Positions 39,813 through 49,296 of a DNA stretch of 64,000 nt are shown here, piece after piece. The stretch lies in the NCBI GenBank assembly GCA_050746125.1, contig JBOGKX010000142.1, positions 16,209-80,208 on the forward strand, given 5' to 3'. This DNA is from Terriglobales bacterium (GTDB lineage Bacteria > Acidobacteriota > Terriglobia > Terriglobales > SCQP01). Each line of letters begins with the position of its first letter. Position 1 is the stretch's first letter. The notes beneath the pieces are model-generated. The model worked only from the letters and a program-made list of their open reading frames with translations. It had not been told where the DNA came from and did not search any database. The position numbers were made by a program, and so were the translations under genes.

Positions 39813-40124
39813 CTACCACAGACCTCCCAGCGGCAGGCCGGTGAGGTGGCCCAACTCGCCCTTCAACCGTTCCTCCACTTGCCGACCGGCTTCGTTGACG
39901 GCGGCGCGAATCAGGTCGGGCAGCATGTCGGGATCATTGCGCACCACTTCGGGATCGAAGCGAACCTCCAAGACCTGCTTCTCGCCATTCATGCGCACCG
40001 TGACCATGCCGCCGCCGGCGGAGCTTTCGACGACGATACCGGCCATCTTTTGCCGCAGCGCTTCGTATTGCTGCCGAGCTTGGCCCAGCATCTCTTGGAA
40101 TTGGCCCAGATTGAAGCCGCTCAT
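39813..40124 (-). CDS. ybaB: Nucleoid-associated protein YbaB/EbfC
   Basis: ATG 40124 gives the 103-aa protein [61 protein letters not shown]. The track ORF is extended upstream into dnaX. Confidence 0.9.
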   Translation of the reverse strand: MSGFNLGQFQEMLGQARQQYEALRQKMAGIVVESSAGGGMVTVRMNGEKQVLEVRFDPEVVRNDPDMLPDLIRAAVNEAGRQVEERLKGELGHLTGLPLGGLW

Positions 40125-40134
40125 CGCCTTGGTC

Positions 40135-41808
40135 TCATTTCTCGCCGCCAGCACCGCTGATGTCCACGGTACGGAGCACGTGCCCCGGCAGGCGCTCGCG
40201 CAGTTCGCGCAGCGCCGGATGCCGCGCGGCGCGTTCCGCCGCGGGAGTAGCCGGCGGCAGGGGAGCCGCGAAATCAGACCCGGCCTCTTCGTCAGCGTGG
40301 ATGAATATCTCCGGCGCGAACCCCAGGGTAGCCCGGCAAACTTCGCGCAATCCTTTAATGATCTCCTCCTGCCCGGCCAAGCGCGCCAGCGGCGCCGCTT
40401 CGCCGGCATAGGCTAACTCCAGTCTAGGACCGTTCCATTGCCAACTCGCCGGCCGCAGCAAACTGAGCCACGAGGTCTTCTTGAGCTCTTCCAGGCGGTG
40501 CAAGATTTTCGCGGCATCGTCGCCGCGGGCGGAAACGCCGTTCGGCGCCGGCGCGAGGGCGGCAGCGGGGGCCGCGGCGCTAGCCGCCGGCGCGCTTAGC
40601 GGCGCCGCGGCTACGGGCCGTGGCTCAGGCGCGGGGAGGGTTTTTTTTTGCGGCCCTGCGGCGCCCGCGTTTTCTCCCTCGCCCAAGCTGGCCAGCACTT
40701 CTTCGATCCCGGCCAGCCGCCGCGCGTGCACCAGCTTCATCACGCCCAATTCCAAATGCAGGCGCGGTTCCTGCGCGAAGCGCAGGTCGGAGGCGGTGCG
40801 CAGCAAAATCTGCAAGAAGCGCGTCAGGTCCTCCTCGCTGAAGCGCTCCGCCGCGGCCGCCGTGGCTTGCCGTTCGCGGTCGCTCAGCGCGAGCAAGTCG
40901 CTCTCCGCGCCCGCCACGCGGCACATCAGCATATTGCGGATGAAAAGCACCGTCTGCTGACAGATCTGCGGCGGGCTGGCGCCGGCTGACAGAAACTGGT
41001 CCAAGCACTCTAGGGCGGCGTGGCTCTCGCCGGCGGCCACGGCGGCCAACAGCCCGGCCAGCGCCTCGGTTGAAACCCGGCCCAGCAGCGCTCGTACCGT
41101 TTCCTCGCGTAATTCGCCGGCGCCATAGGCCAGCGCCTGGTCGAGCAGCGACAGCGCGTCGCGCAAGGAGCCTTCGCCGGCAGAGGCGATCTGTCCCAAA
41201 GCTTCCGGATCGGCGGCAATGCCCTCGGCGGCGCAGATTTGCCCTAGCCGGGCCACGATTTCCGGGTACGGCACGGCACGGAAGGAGAAGTGCTGGCAGC
41301 GAGAGCGAATGGTCGCCGGCAGCGCCTCCGGTTCAGTGGTGGCAAGCACGAAAATGGCCCAGTCCGGCGGCTCCTCGAGCGTTTTCAGCAAGGCGTTGAA
41401 GGCGTCGTCGGTGAGCTGATGCGCCTCGTCGAGGATGTAGAACTTGTAGCGGTCGCGCGCCGGACGGTACCGAACGCTCTCGCGCAGGGCGCGAATTTCG
41501 TCAATGCCGCGATTCGAGGCGGCGTCGATTTCGATCACGTCCACCGCGTTGCCGTCGCGGATCTCGCGGCAGCTCTCGCATTCCCCGCAAGGCGAGACGG
41601 TGGGGCCGGGCGCGCGGCGGCAGTTCATCGCCTTGGCGAGAATGCGCGCCACGGTGGTCTTGCCGATGCCGCGGTGGCCGGAAAAGATGAAGCCATGCCC
41701 CACCCGGCCAGCCGCCAGGGCGTTGTGAAGCGTTCGCACCACCGCTGCCTGGCCGATCACCTCCTCGAAGGTTTGCGGCCGATAGCGGCGCGCCAGCACC
41801 TTTTCCAT
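40135..41808 (-). CDS. dnaX: DNA polymerase III subunit gamma/tau
   Basis: ATG 41808 gives [20 protein letters not shown]. Walker [21 protein letters not shown], Zn module [14 protein letters not shown] box YILDEAHQL, then a Pro/Ala-rich linker and a C-terminal tau-specific region. Confidence 0.93.
   Translation of the reverse strand: MEKVLARRYRPQTFEEVIGQAAVVRTLHNALAAGRVGHGFIFSGHRGIGKTTVARILAKAMNCRRAPGPTVSPCGECESCREIRDGNAVDVIEIDAASNRGIDEIRALRESVRYRPARDRYKFYILDEAHQLTDDAFNALLKTLEEPPDWAIFVLATTEPEALPATIRSRCQHFSFRAVPYPEIVARLGQICAAEGIAADPEALGQIASAGEGSLRDALSLLDQALAYGAGELREETVRALLGRVSTEALAGLLAAVAAGESHAALECLDQFLSAGASPPQICQQTVLFIRNMLMCRVAGAESDLLALSDRERQATAAAAERFSEEDLTRFLQILLRTASDLRFAQEPRLHLELGVMKLVHARRLAGIEEVLASLGEGENAGAAGPQKKTLPAPEPRPVAAAPLSAPAASAAAPAAALAPAPNGVSARGDDAAKILHRLEELKKTSWLSLLRPASWQWNGPRLELAYAGEAAPLARLAGQEEIIKGLREVCRATLGFAPEIFIHADEEAGSDFAAPLPPATPAAERAARHPALRELRERLPGHVLRTVDISGAGGEK
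40641..40649 (-). other. A9 homopolymer (T9 on + strand) in dnaX at codons Q387-K388-K389: candidate slippage/frameshift site
   Basis: The mRNA reads GGG CCG CAA AAA AAA ACC CTC. This is the longest homopolymer I saw in the window. The -1 frame stops after 5 codons (AAC CCT CCC CGC GCC TGA). The +1 frame stops after 9 codons (...CCG TAG). Confidence 0.5.
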
Positions 41809-41876
41809 CGGCTTCTCGCTCGCGAAGGCGGCCCGGCGCGCTGCCCGTGGCCGAGAATCACCGCCTAAGAAATTGC

Positions 41877-41986
41877 GATCAGACTTCGGGAGCTTCGCTG
41901 CACAGTTCCATTGCCGGTTGCCGTTGCTTCCTTCCGGACCTGGCGGGGTTCGCCGGCGGAGCTTGCGCGAGACCCGAAGCCTGACC
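41877..41986 (-). ncRNA. ffs: Signal recognition particle RNA (small 4.5S-type SRP RNA)
   Basis: The reverse strand reads GGUCAGGCUUCGGG...CCGCCAGGUCCGGAAGGAAGCAACGGCAACC...CCCGAAGUCUGAUC. The domain IV core CAGGUCCGGAAGGAAGCA(A/G)C matches the universally conserved SRP RNA motif with a GGAA tetraloop. The 5' and 3' ends form a 14-bp helix with two G-U pairs. It sits directly upstream of dnaX in the same orientation. The ends are approximate. Confidence 0.8.
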
Positions 41987-42043
41987 AATTCCATCCTAGC
42001 ATTCGGCGCCGCGACTGCCGCTGTTAGGATAGACATTCACGCC

Positions 42044-43045
42044 ATGGCCGCCTTTCCGCGAGCGAAAATCACCGCCCTGGGCACCTACGTGCCGCCGCGC
42101 GTCCTCTCCAATGCCGACTTGGAAAAGATGGTCGAGACCAACGACGAGTGGATCGTGACTCGCACCGGCATCTCCGAGCGGCACTTGGTCGCGGCGGGCG
42201 AGGCGACCAGCGACATGGCGCTGGAGGCGGCCCGCCGCTGCTTGGCCGAGCGCGGGCTGGGACCGCAGGAGGTGGAGGCCATCTTGGTGGCGACGGTCAC
42301 GCCGGACATGCTGTTTCCCTCCACCGCCTGCTTGGTGCAAGACAAACTGGGCGCCTCGCAGTGCTGGGGCTTCGACGTGCTGGCGGCGTGCAGCGGCTTT
42401 ATCTATGCCCTCTCCACCGGGGCGCAGTTCATCGCCTCCGGCAAGCACCGGCGCGTGCTGGTGATCGGCGCCGACACCATGTCGAGCATCATCAACTACC
42501 GCGATCGCGCCACCTGCGTGCTGTTCGGCGACGGCGCCGGGGCGGTGCTGCTCGAGCCCGCCGCCGCCGGCGAGCCCGCCGGGCTTTTGGATTTCCTCAA
42601 TCAAATCGAGGGCTTCGGTGGCGACGCGCTTTACATGCCGGCCGGCGGCAGCCGCCATCCCGCCAGCCAAGAAACCGTCGCCCGCGACATGCACTACGTG
42701 CACCAGGAAGGCGGCGCGGTTTTCAAATACGCGGTGCGCAAGATGTACGAGATTTGCGCCAGCATTCTCGCCCGCAATGGCTTCACCGCCGCCGACGTGG
42801 ATTGCTTCCTGCCGCACCAAGCGAACAAGCGCATCATCGACGCCACCCGCGAGCGGCTGGGCCTCGATCCCGCCAAGGTGCTCATCAACATCGGCCGCTA
42901 CGGCAACACCACGGCCGGCACCATTCCCCTGGCGATGCAAGACGCGCGCGCCAGCGGCCTGCTCAAGCCGGGCGCTTTGGTGCTGCTCGCCGCCGTGGGG
43001 GCCGGCTACACCGCCGGCGCCGCGCTGTTGCGTTGGGACGGCTAG
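42044..43045 (+). CDS. fabH: Beta-ketoacyl-ACP synthase III
   Basis: ATG 42044 gives [47 protein letters not shown]. Active-site Cys in [10 protein letters not shown], then HQANKRII and [11 protein letters not shown]. Confidence 0.92.
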   Translation: MAAFPRAKITALGTYVPPRVLSNADLEKMVETNDEWIVTRTGISERHLVAAGEATSDMALEAARRCLAERGLGPQEVEAILVATVTPDMLFPSTACLVQDKLGASQCWGFDVLAACSGFIYALSTGAQFIASGKHRRVLVIGADTMSSIINYRDRATCVLFGDGAGAVLLEPAAAGEPAGLLDFLNQIEGFGGDALYMPAGGSRHPASQETVARDMHYVHQEGGAVFKYAVRKMYEICASILARNGFTAADVDCFLPHQANKRIIDATRERLGLDPAKVLINIGRYGNTTAGTIPLAMQDARASGLLKPGALVLLAAVGAGYTAGAALLRWDG

Positions 43046-44286
43046 GCGAGGGCGGCCGCGGGCTTGCTGGCGCTCTTGCCGAGCGGCTTCAGGCCGCGGT
43101 AAAGGTCCACGGTTTGCGCCGCGATCGCCGCCCAGCTGAATTTTTCTTCCACCCGCCGCCGACCGGCCAGGCCGAATTCGCGTCCCCGCTGCGGCTGCGC
43201 CAGCAACAGGTTGATCTTTTCGGCCAAGTCGTGGGCGAAGCGCTCCGGCTCGAGCGGCATGTTGGTGGTCGAGTCGGCGGCAAAGGGAACCAGATATCCG
43301 GTTTCGCCTTCGACCACCACTTCCTTGATGCCGCCGGTGGCGCTCGCCACCACCGGCGTCTCGCAGGCCATGGCCTCCAAGTTGATGATGCCGAATGGCT
43401 CGTAAACCGAGGGGCAGCAAAACACCGCCGCGTGCGAGTAGAGCTGGATCGCTTCCGGCTTCGAAACCATCTTCTCGATCCACACCACGCGCGGGTTGGT
43501 GCGGCGCGCGGCCTCGACTTTGGCGCGCATTTCCGCGGCGATCTCGGGCGTGTCGGGCGCGCCGGCGCAGAGCACGACCTGCGTCCCGAGCCGCAGGTGC
43601 GGAATGGCGTCGACCAAATGGGTCACGCCCTTTTGCCGCGTGATGCGGCCGACGAAGAGCACGTAGGGCACCTCGGGATCCACGCCGTACTCGCGCAGCG
43701 CGGTCACGCCGCTGGCGGGCCGGTATTCTTCCGGATCGATCCCGTTGTAAATCACGTGCACGCGCTCGGGAGCGACGCGCGGATAGCAGCGAAGAATGTC
43801 GCGCTTGGTCTCGCTCGAAACCGCGATCACCGCCTCGGCCTCTTCGATCGCGGTGCGCTCCATCCAGGAGCTCATCTCATAGCCACTGCCCAGTTGCTCC
43901 GCCTTCCAGGCACGCAGCGGCTCCAGGCTGTGGGTGGTCATCACCTGCGGAACGCAGTACAGCTTCTTCGCCCAATAGCCGGCCATGGACGTGTACCAGG
44001 TGTGGGTGTGGACCAGGCCGACGCCGCGCAGGGCCTTGATCGCCGTCAGATTCACGCTCAAGGCCTCGAGCGCGCCCTTGAACTTCTCCTCCGTGCCGTC
44101 GCTGATTTCCCGCCAGGGCTCGGCGCCGCGCACCTGCAACTGTCCATCGTCAAGGTTTTGCTCGCCGAAACAATGCACCTCGACTTCGATCCGTTTGGCC
44201 AGTTCGCGGCTCAAATATTCGACATGGACTCCGGCGCCGCCATAAACGTGCGGTGGATATTCGCGAGTGAACAATGCAATACGCAT
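43042..44286 (-). CDS. glgA: GT4-family glycosyltransferase, Corynebacterium-type glycogen synthase-like
   Basis: 414 aa. [64 protein letters not shown] (the E-x7-E GT4 motif region). Confidence 0.75.
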   Translation of the reverse strand: MRIALFTREYPPHVYGGAGVHVEYLSRELAKRIEVEVHCFGEQNLDDGQLQVRGAEPWREISDGTEEKFKGALEALSVNLTAIKALRGVGLVHTHTWYTSMAGYWAKKLYCVPQVMTTHSLEPLRAWKAEQLGSGYEMSSWMERTAIEEAEAVIAVSSETKRDILRCYPRVAPERVHVIYNGIDPEEYRPASGVTALREYGVDPEVPYVLFVGRITRQKGVTHLVDAIPHLRLGTQVVLCAGAPDTPEIAAEMRAKVEAARRTNPRVVWIEKMVSKPEAIQLYSHAAVFCCPSVYEPFGIINLEAMACETPVVASATGGIKEVVVEGETGYLVPFAADSTTNMPLEPERFAHDLAEKINLLLAQPQRGREFGLAGRRRVEEKFSWAAIAAQTVDLYRGLKPLGKSASKPAAALA

Positions 44287-44362
44287 GGTCTTCTCAGATT
44301 AACAAACGATCTTGGCGACCCGCGCGGCTTCCGGCCAAGCCGCCGGGAACTGCCGGGCCGGC

Positions 44363-45883
44363 CTAGCCGTCCAGCGCGCCGGCGGCAACGACGGAGGTCG
44401 GCGGACTGTGGCGTAGAGTCGCCGCGCCCCAGGCGGCCCACACCAACACCAGCGGATACAACTCCAGCACGTAACGGGGCTCGCAACTGATATAGGCGCC
44501 GAGCGCTACGGTGCGCGCCGCGACCAATCCCGCCAGCAGCGCCAAAAAGCGCGGCCGCGCCTTGAAAAGCCCATAAAGGGCCAGCAGTAGGTAGGTTGCG
44601 TTGAGCAGCAAATAGCCGACCGTGAACAGAAAATCGCGCCGGTCGCTTTGCCAGGGACCGGCCGGCGGCCACCAACGATCGTCCACGGGCAAAATCTCGA
44701 CGCGCGGCGAAAACCAAAGCGAGATCATGCGCGAGAGCGGCAGCAGCAGGTAGTAGCGCGCGGGCCAGCGATGGATGCGCTCCGCCGCCAAGCGGCCGAA
44801 CTGGGCGTCGAGCGCCGGCGTGAGTTCGAAGTTGCGATTGTAGGCGGCGATCAGCGACAGCGTGCGCGCCCGTGCGGCGCCTTGCCCCAAGGCGCGCGGA
44901 GGCAGGGCGGCGACCTCGATCGGGCCGTCGGGAACATTGTCGAGCACCTTCTCGATGCCGCGATAGCCGGCTAGCCAGGTCTTCGCCCAGCGATCGAACC
45001 CCGGATGCTGCGCTTCGCCCACCTCGGTCGCCTCCGCCGTGACCAGCGGACGAAACACGCGCAACTCGACCCAATTGCGCAGCGTCCAGATGCCGACCGG
45101 CAGCAGCGCAATTGCGTAGAGCACGATCAGCCGATTCCAATTCTCGCGGCGGCCGCGCCTCAGCTTGGCCAGTAGCGGCAAGCTGACGACCGCTAGCACG
45201 AGGCCGGTGTCGGGGCGAATTTGAATGCCGGCGGCGAGCGCCGCTCCGCAGCCCGCCCACCAGCCAATTTGCCGCCGCGGCGCGCGCAGCGCCGCGATCC
45301 CGCAGCAGAGCGCCAGCATGGTGCAGAACGTGGCCGGCACTTCGGTCAATACGGCGGCCGCGTACATCGCCAGGAAGGGGCAGAGCGCGGTCAGGCCGAA
45401 AGCGGCCATCGCCGCGCCGGCCACCGTTTCCGGGCGCGCCGTCGGCGGCGCGATCAGCCGCGCCAGCCAGGCCGCGCAGGCGGCGGTGCCCAGCAGCAGC
45501 AGCCATTGCAGGGCCACCAGCGGCCCCATGCGCGCGAAAGGCGCAAAGTGGTAGAGCGCCGCCAGCAGCAGGGGATAACCGGGCAAACGGGCGGTGCTGG
45601 CGTGCCAGCCGCCGGCGATCCAGCGCACGTATCGGCCGGTGTGAAGCAAATTGCCGGCCAATTCGAGATACAGGCGTCCATCGTCGGTTACGGTCGGCGC
45701 CCAGCGGCCGAAGGCGGCGGCCAGCGCCGCGCTGGCCAGCGTCAGGGCCACGTACCAGCCGGCGCGCCGCGCCCGCCCCCTCGCCGGGCCCCGGTCATCA
45801 AGTACGCCGCGCGCCGAGGAGATCACCCGGCTATCATAGGAGCAACAGCTAAGTTCCCGCCCGCCGATGGATCGCCCACCCAT
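44363..45883 (-). CDS. Polytopic membrane glycosyltransferase, GT39/ArnT-like
   Basis: About 12 predicted TM helices. The N-terminal loop DDGRLYLELAGNLLHTGRY...RLPGYPLLLAAL resembles ArnT/PMT-family proteins. The track start at 45883 overlaps the divergent gene, so the real start is probably a downstream GTG (45826 or 45805). Confidence 0.6.
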   Translation of the reverse strand: MGGRSIGGRELSCCSYDSRVISSARGVLDDRGPARGRARRAGWYVALTLASAALAAAFGRWAPTVTDDGRLYLELAGNLLHTGRYVRWIAGGWHASTARLPGYPLLLAALYHFAPFARMGPLVALQWLLLLGTAACAAWLARLIAPPTARPETVAGAAMAAFGLTALCPFLAMYAAAVLTEVPATFCTMLALCCGIAALRAPRRQIGWWAGCGAALAAGIQIRPDTGLVLAVVSLPLLAKLRRGRRENWNRLIVLYAIALLPVGIWTLRNWVELRVFRPLVTAEATEVGEAQHPGFDRWAKTWLAGYRGIEKVLDNVPDGPIEVAALPPRALGQGAARARTLSLIAAYNRNFELTPALDAQFGRLAAERIHRWPARYYLLLPLSRMISLWFSPRVEILPVDDRWWPPAGPWQSDRRDFLFTVGYLLLNATYLLLALYGLFKARPRFLALLAGLVAARTVALGAYISCEPRYVLELYPLVLVWAAWGAATLRHSPPTSVVAAGALDG

Positions 45884-48800
45884 TTTTTACGATCCCGCGC
45901 GCAAGCGCTGGAAGATCGCCACGCGCGTGCTCAATGTCGCGGGTTTGGTGGCGGTGCTCCTTTTAGCGGTGTTCATCGCCGAGATGGCGAGCAACGAAAG
46001 CCTGCCGCGTCTGATCCTGCCCACGGAAGCGGCGGCGCATCCCGTCGCCGCCCGCTACCTGCGCTATCTGCGGCGCCAGCAGGCCAAGGCAGCGCGCCAT
46101 CGGCCCCGGCATCCGCGCCGGAAACGCCAAGTCGCGCCCATGCGGGGGCTGCCGCAAGGCCTGCGCGCGGCCTTCTACGTCAATTGGGACGCGCCGGCTT
46201 ACTTCGCCCTGCGCGCCCATATTCGCGACATGGACGTCCTGTTCTGCGACTGGCTGCACGCGGCGACCGCCGACGGCCACATCGAGTCGAGCTTCAACGC
46301 CGAGGCCGAGTACGGCATCAAGGACTCCAACATTTTCCTCTGGGCGCGGGCGGAAAACCCCGACCTCGGCATCGTGCCGATGGTGAACAATTACGACGGC
46401 TCGCTTTGGCAGGGCGACGCCGCCGCCAAGATGTTCGCCGACCCTGCCGCCCGCGCCACGTTTCGCCAGCAATTGCTGCCGGCGCTGGCACGCTGGAACG
46501 CGCATGGAGTCGTCATCGACTTCGAAAATATCCCCACCGCCGCGCAACCGGATTATCGTGCCTTCATCGCCGAGCTCTATCCGTTTCTCCAGCAGGCCGG
46601 CATCCGCATGTATCTGAGCCTGCCGGTCGCCGACAACGATTACGACTTGGCCTACTACGCCCGCCATACCGACGTCGTGATCCTCATGGACTACGATCAA
46701 CACTGGCAGGAGAGCGCGCCCGGACCGATCGCGGCGCAGAGCTGGTTTTTGAACAATCTGCGCCTGGCGCTCAAGGCGATTCCACGCGACAAGCTGATGG
46801 TCGGGCTCGCCGGCTACGGCTATGACTGGCCGCAAGGGCGCAATGGCAGCGAGATCAGCGTGCAAAGCGCGCTGATCGCCGCCGACGAATCCGGTTCCGA
46901 CGTGCGCGTCGATCCCGAATCGCTCAACCCCACTCTCGACTATGACGACGATTCCGGCCGCCTGCATCACGTCTGGTTCACCGACGCGGTCACGGCGGTG
47001 AACGAGATGCGAGGTGCGGCGGCGCTGGGCATCGACAACTTCGCGTTATGGCGGCTGGGCGCGGGAGATAGCTCGCTGTGGCCGGTGTTCGACAGATTCC
47101 TCGACAATGCCCAGGTCGCCAAAGCGCTGGCCGCGCCCGAGCCCGGCTACGAAATCGACCGCGAAGGCAAGGGCGACATCTTTCACGTCGCCAGCGGCCC
47201 GCAGCCAGGAATTCGTCAGATCACCTTCGATCCCAACACCGACTTGATCAGCCAGGAACGCTACCTGCGTTATCCCCGCTCCTATCGGCTGGATAGCTAC
47301 GGTTGGGCGCCGAAGACCGTCGCTCTGACCTTCGATGACGGCCCGGACCCACGCTGGACGCCGCAGATCCTGCGCGTCTTGCGCGACAAGGGCGTGCACG
47401 GCACCTTTTTCGTCATCGGCGCCAACGTGGACCGCTATCCGGACTTGGTGCGGCGCGCCTATAGCCAGGGCAACGAGATCGGCAATCATACCTTTCTCCA
47501 CCCCGACTCCTCGGACATCTCCCGGCTGCAATTGCAGCTCGAGCTCAACAGCACCGAGCGGCTAGTGGAGAGCGTCTTGGGCGTGAAGATGGCGCTCTTC
47601 CGGCCGCCGTACGGCGTCGACGCCACCCCCACCACCAACGAGGAAGTGCGGCCGTTGGAGGAGGCGCAAACTCTGGGATACATCGTGGTCGGCGAGGGCA
47701 TCGACCCGCACGATTGGCAGAAGGGCCGCACCGCCGACCAGGTCGTGGAAAATGTGCTGGAGCAACTGAGCGACGGGTCCATCCTGCTGCTGCACGACGC
47801 CGGCGGCGACCGCGCCGCTACCGTCGCCGCCTTGCCGCGCATCATCGACCAGCTACGCGGCCGCGGCTATCGCTTCGTGCTGGTTTCCGATCTCATGGGC
47901 CGCGCGCGGGCCCAGGTAATGCCGCCGCTCGGCGCCTTGAACCTGATTGGCGTGCGGCTGGCGGGCGCCGTGTTCAGCTTCTTGCGCTGGCTCGAAATGG
48001 CGATCGTGTGGATCTTCGTGCTCGGCATCGTGCTGATGACGGCGCGCGTGGTGGTGATCGGGGCGCTGGCGGCGTGGCAAAAGCTCCGCCCCCATCGCCC
48101 CCCGGACCCCGGTTTCGCGCCGCCGCTGGCGGTGGTGATTCCCGCTTACAACGAGGAGGCGGTGATCGCCGCCACCGTGCGCAGCGCGCTGCAATCCGAA
48201 TACCCCGCTCCACTTCGCGTCATCGTCGTCGACGACGGCTCGAGCGATCGAACCCTGGACGTGCTGCGCCGCGAGTTCGGCGGCGACCGCCGCGTGCTGA
48301 TCCTGAGCAAGCCTAACGGCGGCAAGGCCAGCGCGTTGAATCTCGGCATCGAGCGCGTGAGCGAGCCGATATTCGTCACCATCGACGCCGACACCGCCGT
48401 CGCTCCCGGCGCGCTGCGGCTCCTCGTCGCCCACTTCAGCGACGAGCGTGTCGGCGCCGTCGCCGGCAATGCCAAGGTAGGCAACCGCGTCAACATGATC
48501 ACGTGGTTCCAGGCCGGCGAGTACATCACCAGCCAAAACTTGGAGCGACGGGGCCTCGACGCCCTCAATTGCATCACCGTCGTGCCCGGCGCCATCGGCT
48601 GCTGGCGCAGCGAGGTAGTGCGGCGCTTGCACGGCTTCAACGCCGAGACCGCCGCCGAGGACGCCGACCTGACGCTCTCCATCCGCCGCTTGGGCTATCG
48701 CATTGTTTACGAAGACGGCGCCTGCGCCTATACCGAAGCGCCGATGACCCTGAAGGCGCTGATGAAGCAGCGCCTGCGCTGGTCGTACGGCATCCTGCAA

Positions 48801-49256
48801 ACCGTCTGGAAGCATCGTGATGCCTTCGGGAGGGAGGGCACGCTCGGTCACTTCGCTCTGCCCAATGTGGTCATCTTTCAGGTGATCTTGCCCTTGTTCG
48901 GGCCGGTGACCGACTTCATGGTGCTCTTTGCGCTGGCTATGGAATGGTTCAATTACACCTCCCATCCCCAGAGTTGGACGCCGGACAGCTTGGAGCGGCT
49001 GCTGTTTTTCTTCGCCGTGCTCATGCTGGTGGAGATCCTGGGATCGGTGCTGGCCTTCGCGCTGGAGCACCGCGAGCAATGGACGCTGGTCGGCTCGGTG
49101 CTCTTACAGCGCGTCCTGTATCGTCACGTGATGGCGATCGTCATGTTCCGCACCTTGCGGAAAGCGCTGGAGGGCAGCGACTTCGCCTGGGGCAAGCTGG
49201 ACCGCACGGCCACCGTACAGGATCGCTTTACGCGCGCCGGCGCGCCGCATTCCTAG
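45867..49256 (+). CDS. Tri-domain membrane protein: GH18-like domain + CE4 polysaccharide deacetylase + processive GT2 glycosyltransferase (PNAG/chitin-synthase-like)
   Basis: 1129 aa. N-terminal TM VLNVAGLVAVLLLAVFIAEMA. GH18-like region with HGVVIDFENIP and GLAGYGYDW. CE4 motifs TFDDGPD, NHTFLHPD, FRPPYG and LLLHDAGG. TM segments follow. GT2 motifs VVIPAYNEE, DDGSSDRT, TIDADT and QRLRWSYG, then C-terminal TM helices. Confidence 0.85.
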   Translation: MDRPPIFYDPARKRWKIATRVLNVAGLVAVLLLAVFIAEMASNESLPRLILPTEAAAHPVAARYLRYLRRQQAKAARHRPRHPRRKRQVAPMRGLPQGLRAAFYVNWDAPAYFALRAHIRDMDVLFCDWLHAATADGHIESSFNAEAEYGIKDSNIFLWARAENPDLGIVPMVNNYDGSLWQGDAAAKMFADPAARATFRQQLLPALARWNAHGVVIDFENIPTAAQPDYRAFIAELYPFLQQAGIRMYLSLPVADNDYDLAYYARHTDVVILMDYDQHWQESAPGPIAAQSWFLNNLRLALKAIPRDKLMVGLAGYGYDWPQGRNGSEISVQSALIAADESGSDVRVDPESLNPTLDYDDDSGRLHHVWFTDAVTAVNEMRGAAALGIDNFALWRLGAGDSSLWPVFDRFLDNAQVAKALAAPEPGYEIDREGKGDIFHVASGPQPGIRQITFDPNTDLISQERYLRYPRSYRLDSYGWAPKTVALTFDDGPDPRWTPQILRVLRDKGVHGTFFVIGANVDRYPDLVRRAYSQGNEIGNHTFLHPDSSDISRLQLQLELNSTERLVESVLGVKMALFRPPYGVDATPTTNEEVRPLEEAQTLGYIVVGEGIDPHDWQKGRTADQVVENVLEQLSDGSILLLHDAGGDRAATVAALPRIIDQLRGRGYRFVLVSDLMGRARAQVMPPLGALNLIGVRLAGAVFSFLRWLEMAIVWIFVLGIVLMTARVVVIGALAAWQKLRPHRPPDPGFAPPLAVVIPAYNEEAVIAATVRSALQSEYPAPLRVIVVDDGSSDRTLDVLRREFGGDRRVLILSKPNGGKASALNLGIERVSEPIFVTIDADTAVAPGALRLLVAHFSDERVGAVAGNAKVGNRVNMITWFQAGEYITSQNLERRGLDALNCITVVPGAIGCWRSEVVRRLHGFNAETAAEDADLTLSIRRLGYRIVYEDGACAYTEAPMTLKALMKQRLRWSYGILQTVWKHRDAFGREGTLGHFALPNVVIFQVILPLFGPVTDFMVLFALAMEWFNYTSHPQSWTPDSLERLLFFFAVLMLVEILGSVLAFALEHREQWTLVGSVLLQRVLYRHVMAIVMFRTLRKALEGSDFAWGKLDRTATVQDRFTRAGAPHS

Positions 49257-49296
49257 GAGGCCCGCGCGCTCCGCGCCGCGCCCCTAGCCCGCTACA

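Noticed and set aside
42148-44490. 780-aa plus-strand ORF and the overlapping 495-aa minus ORF 41996..43483
   Set aside because: These are out-of-frame or antisense to fabH and to the GT4 glycosyltransferase, both of which have clear catalytic motifs. Their translations are low-complexity Arg/Gly/His-rich.
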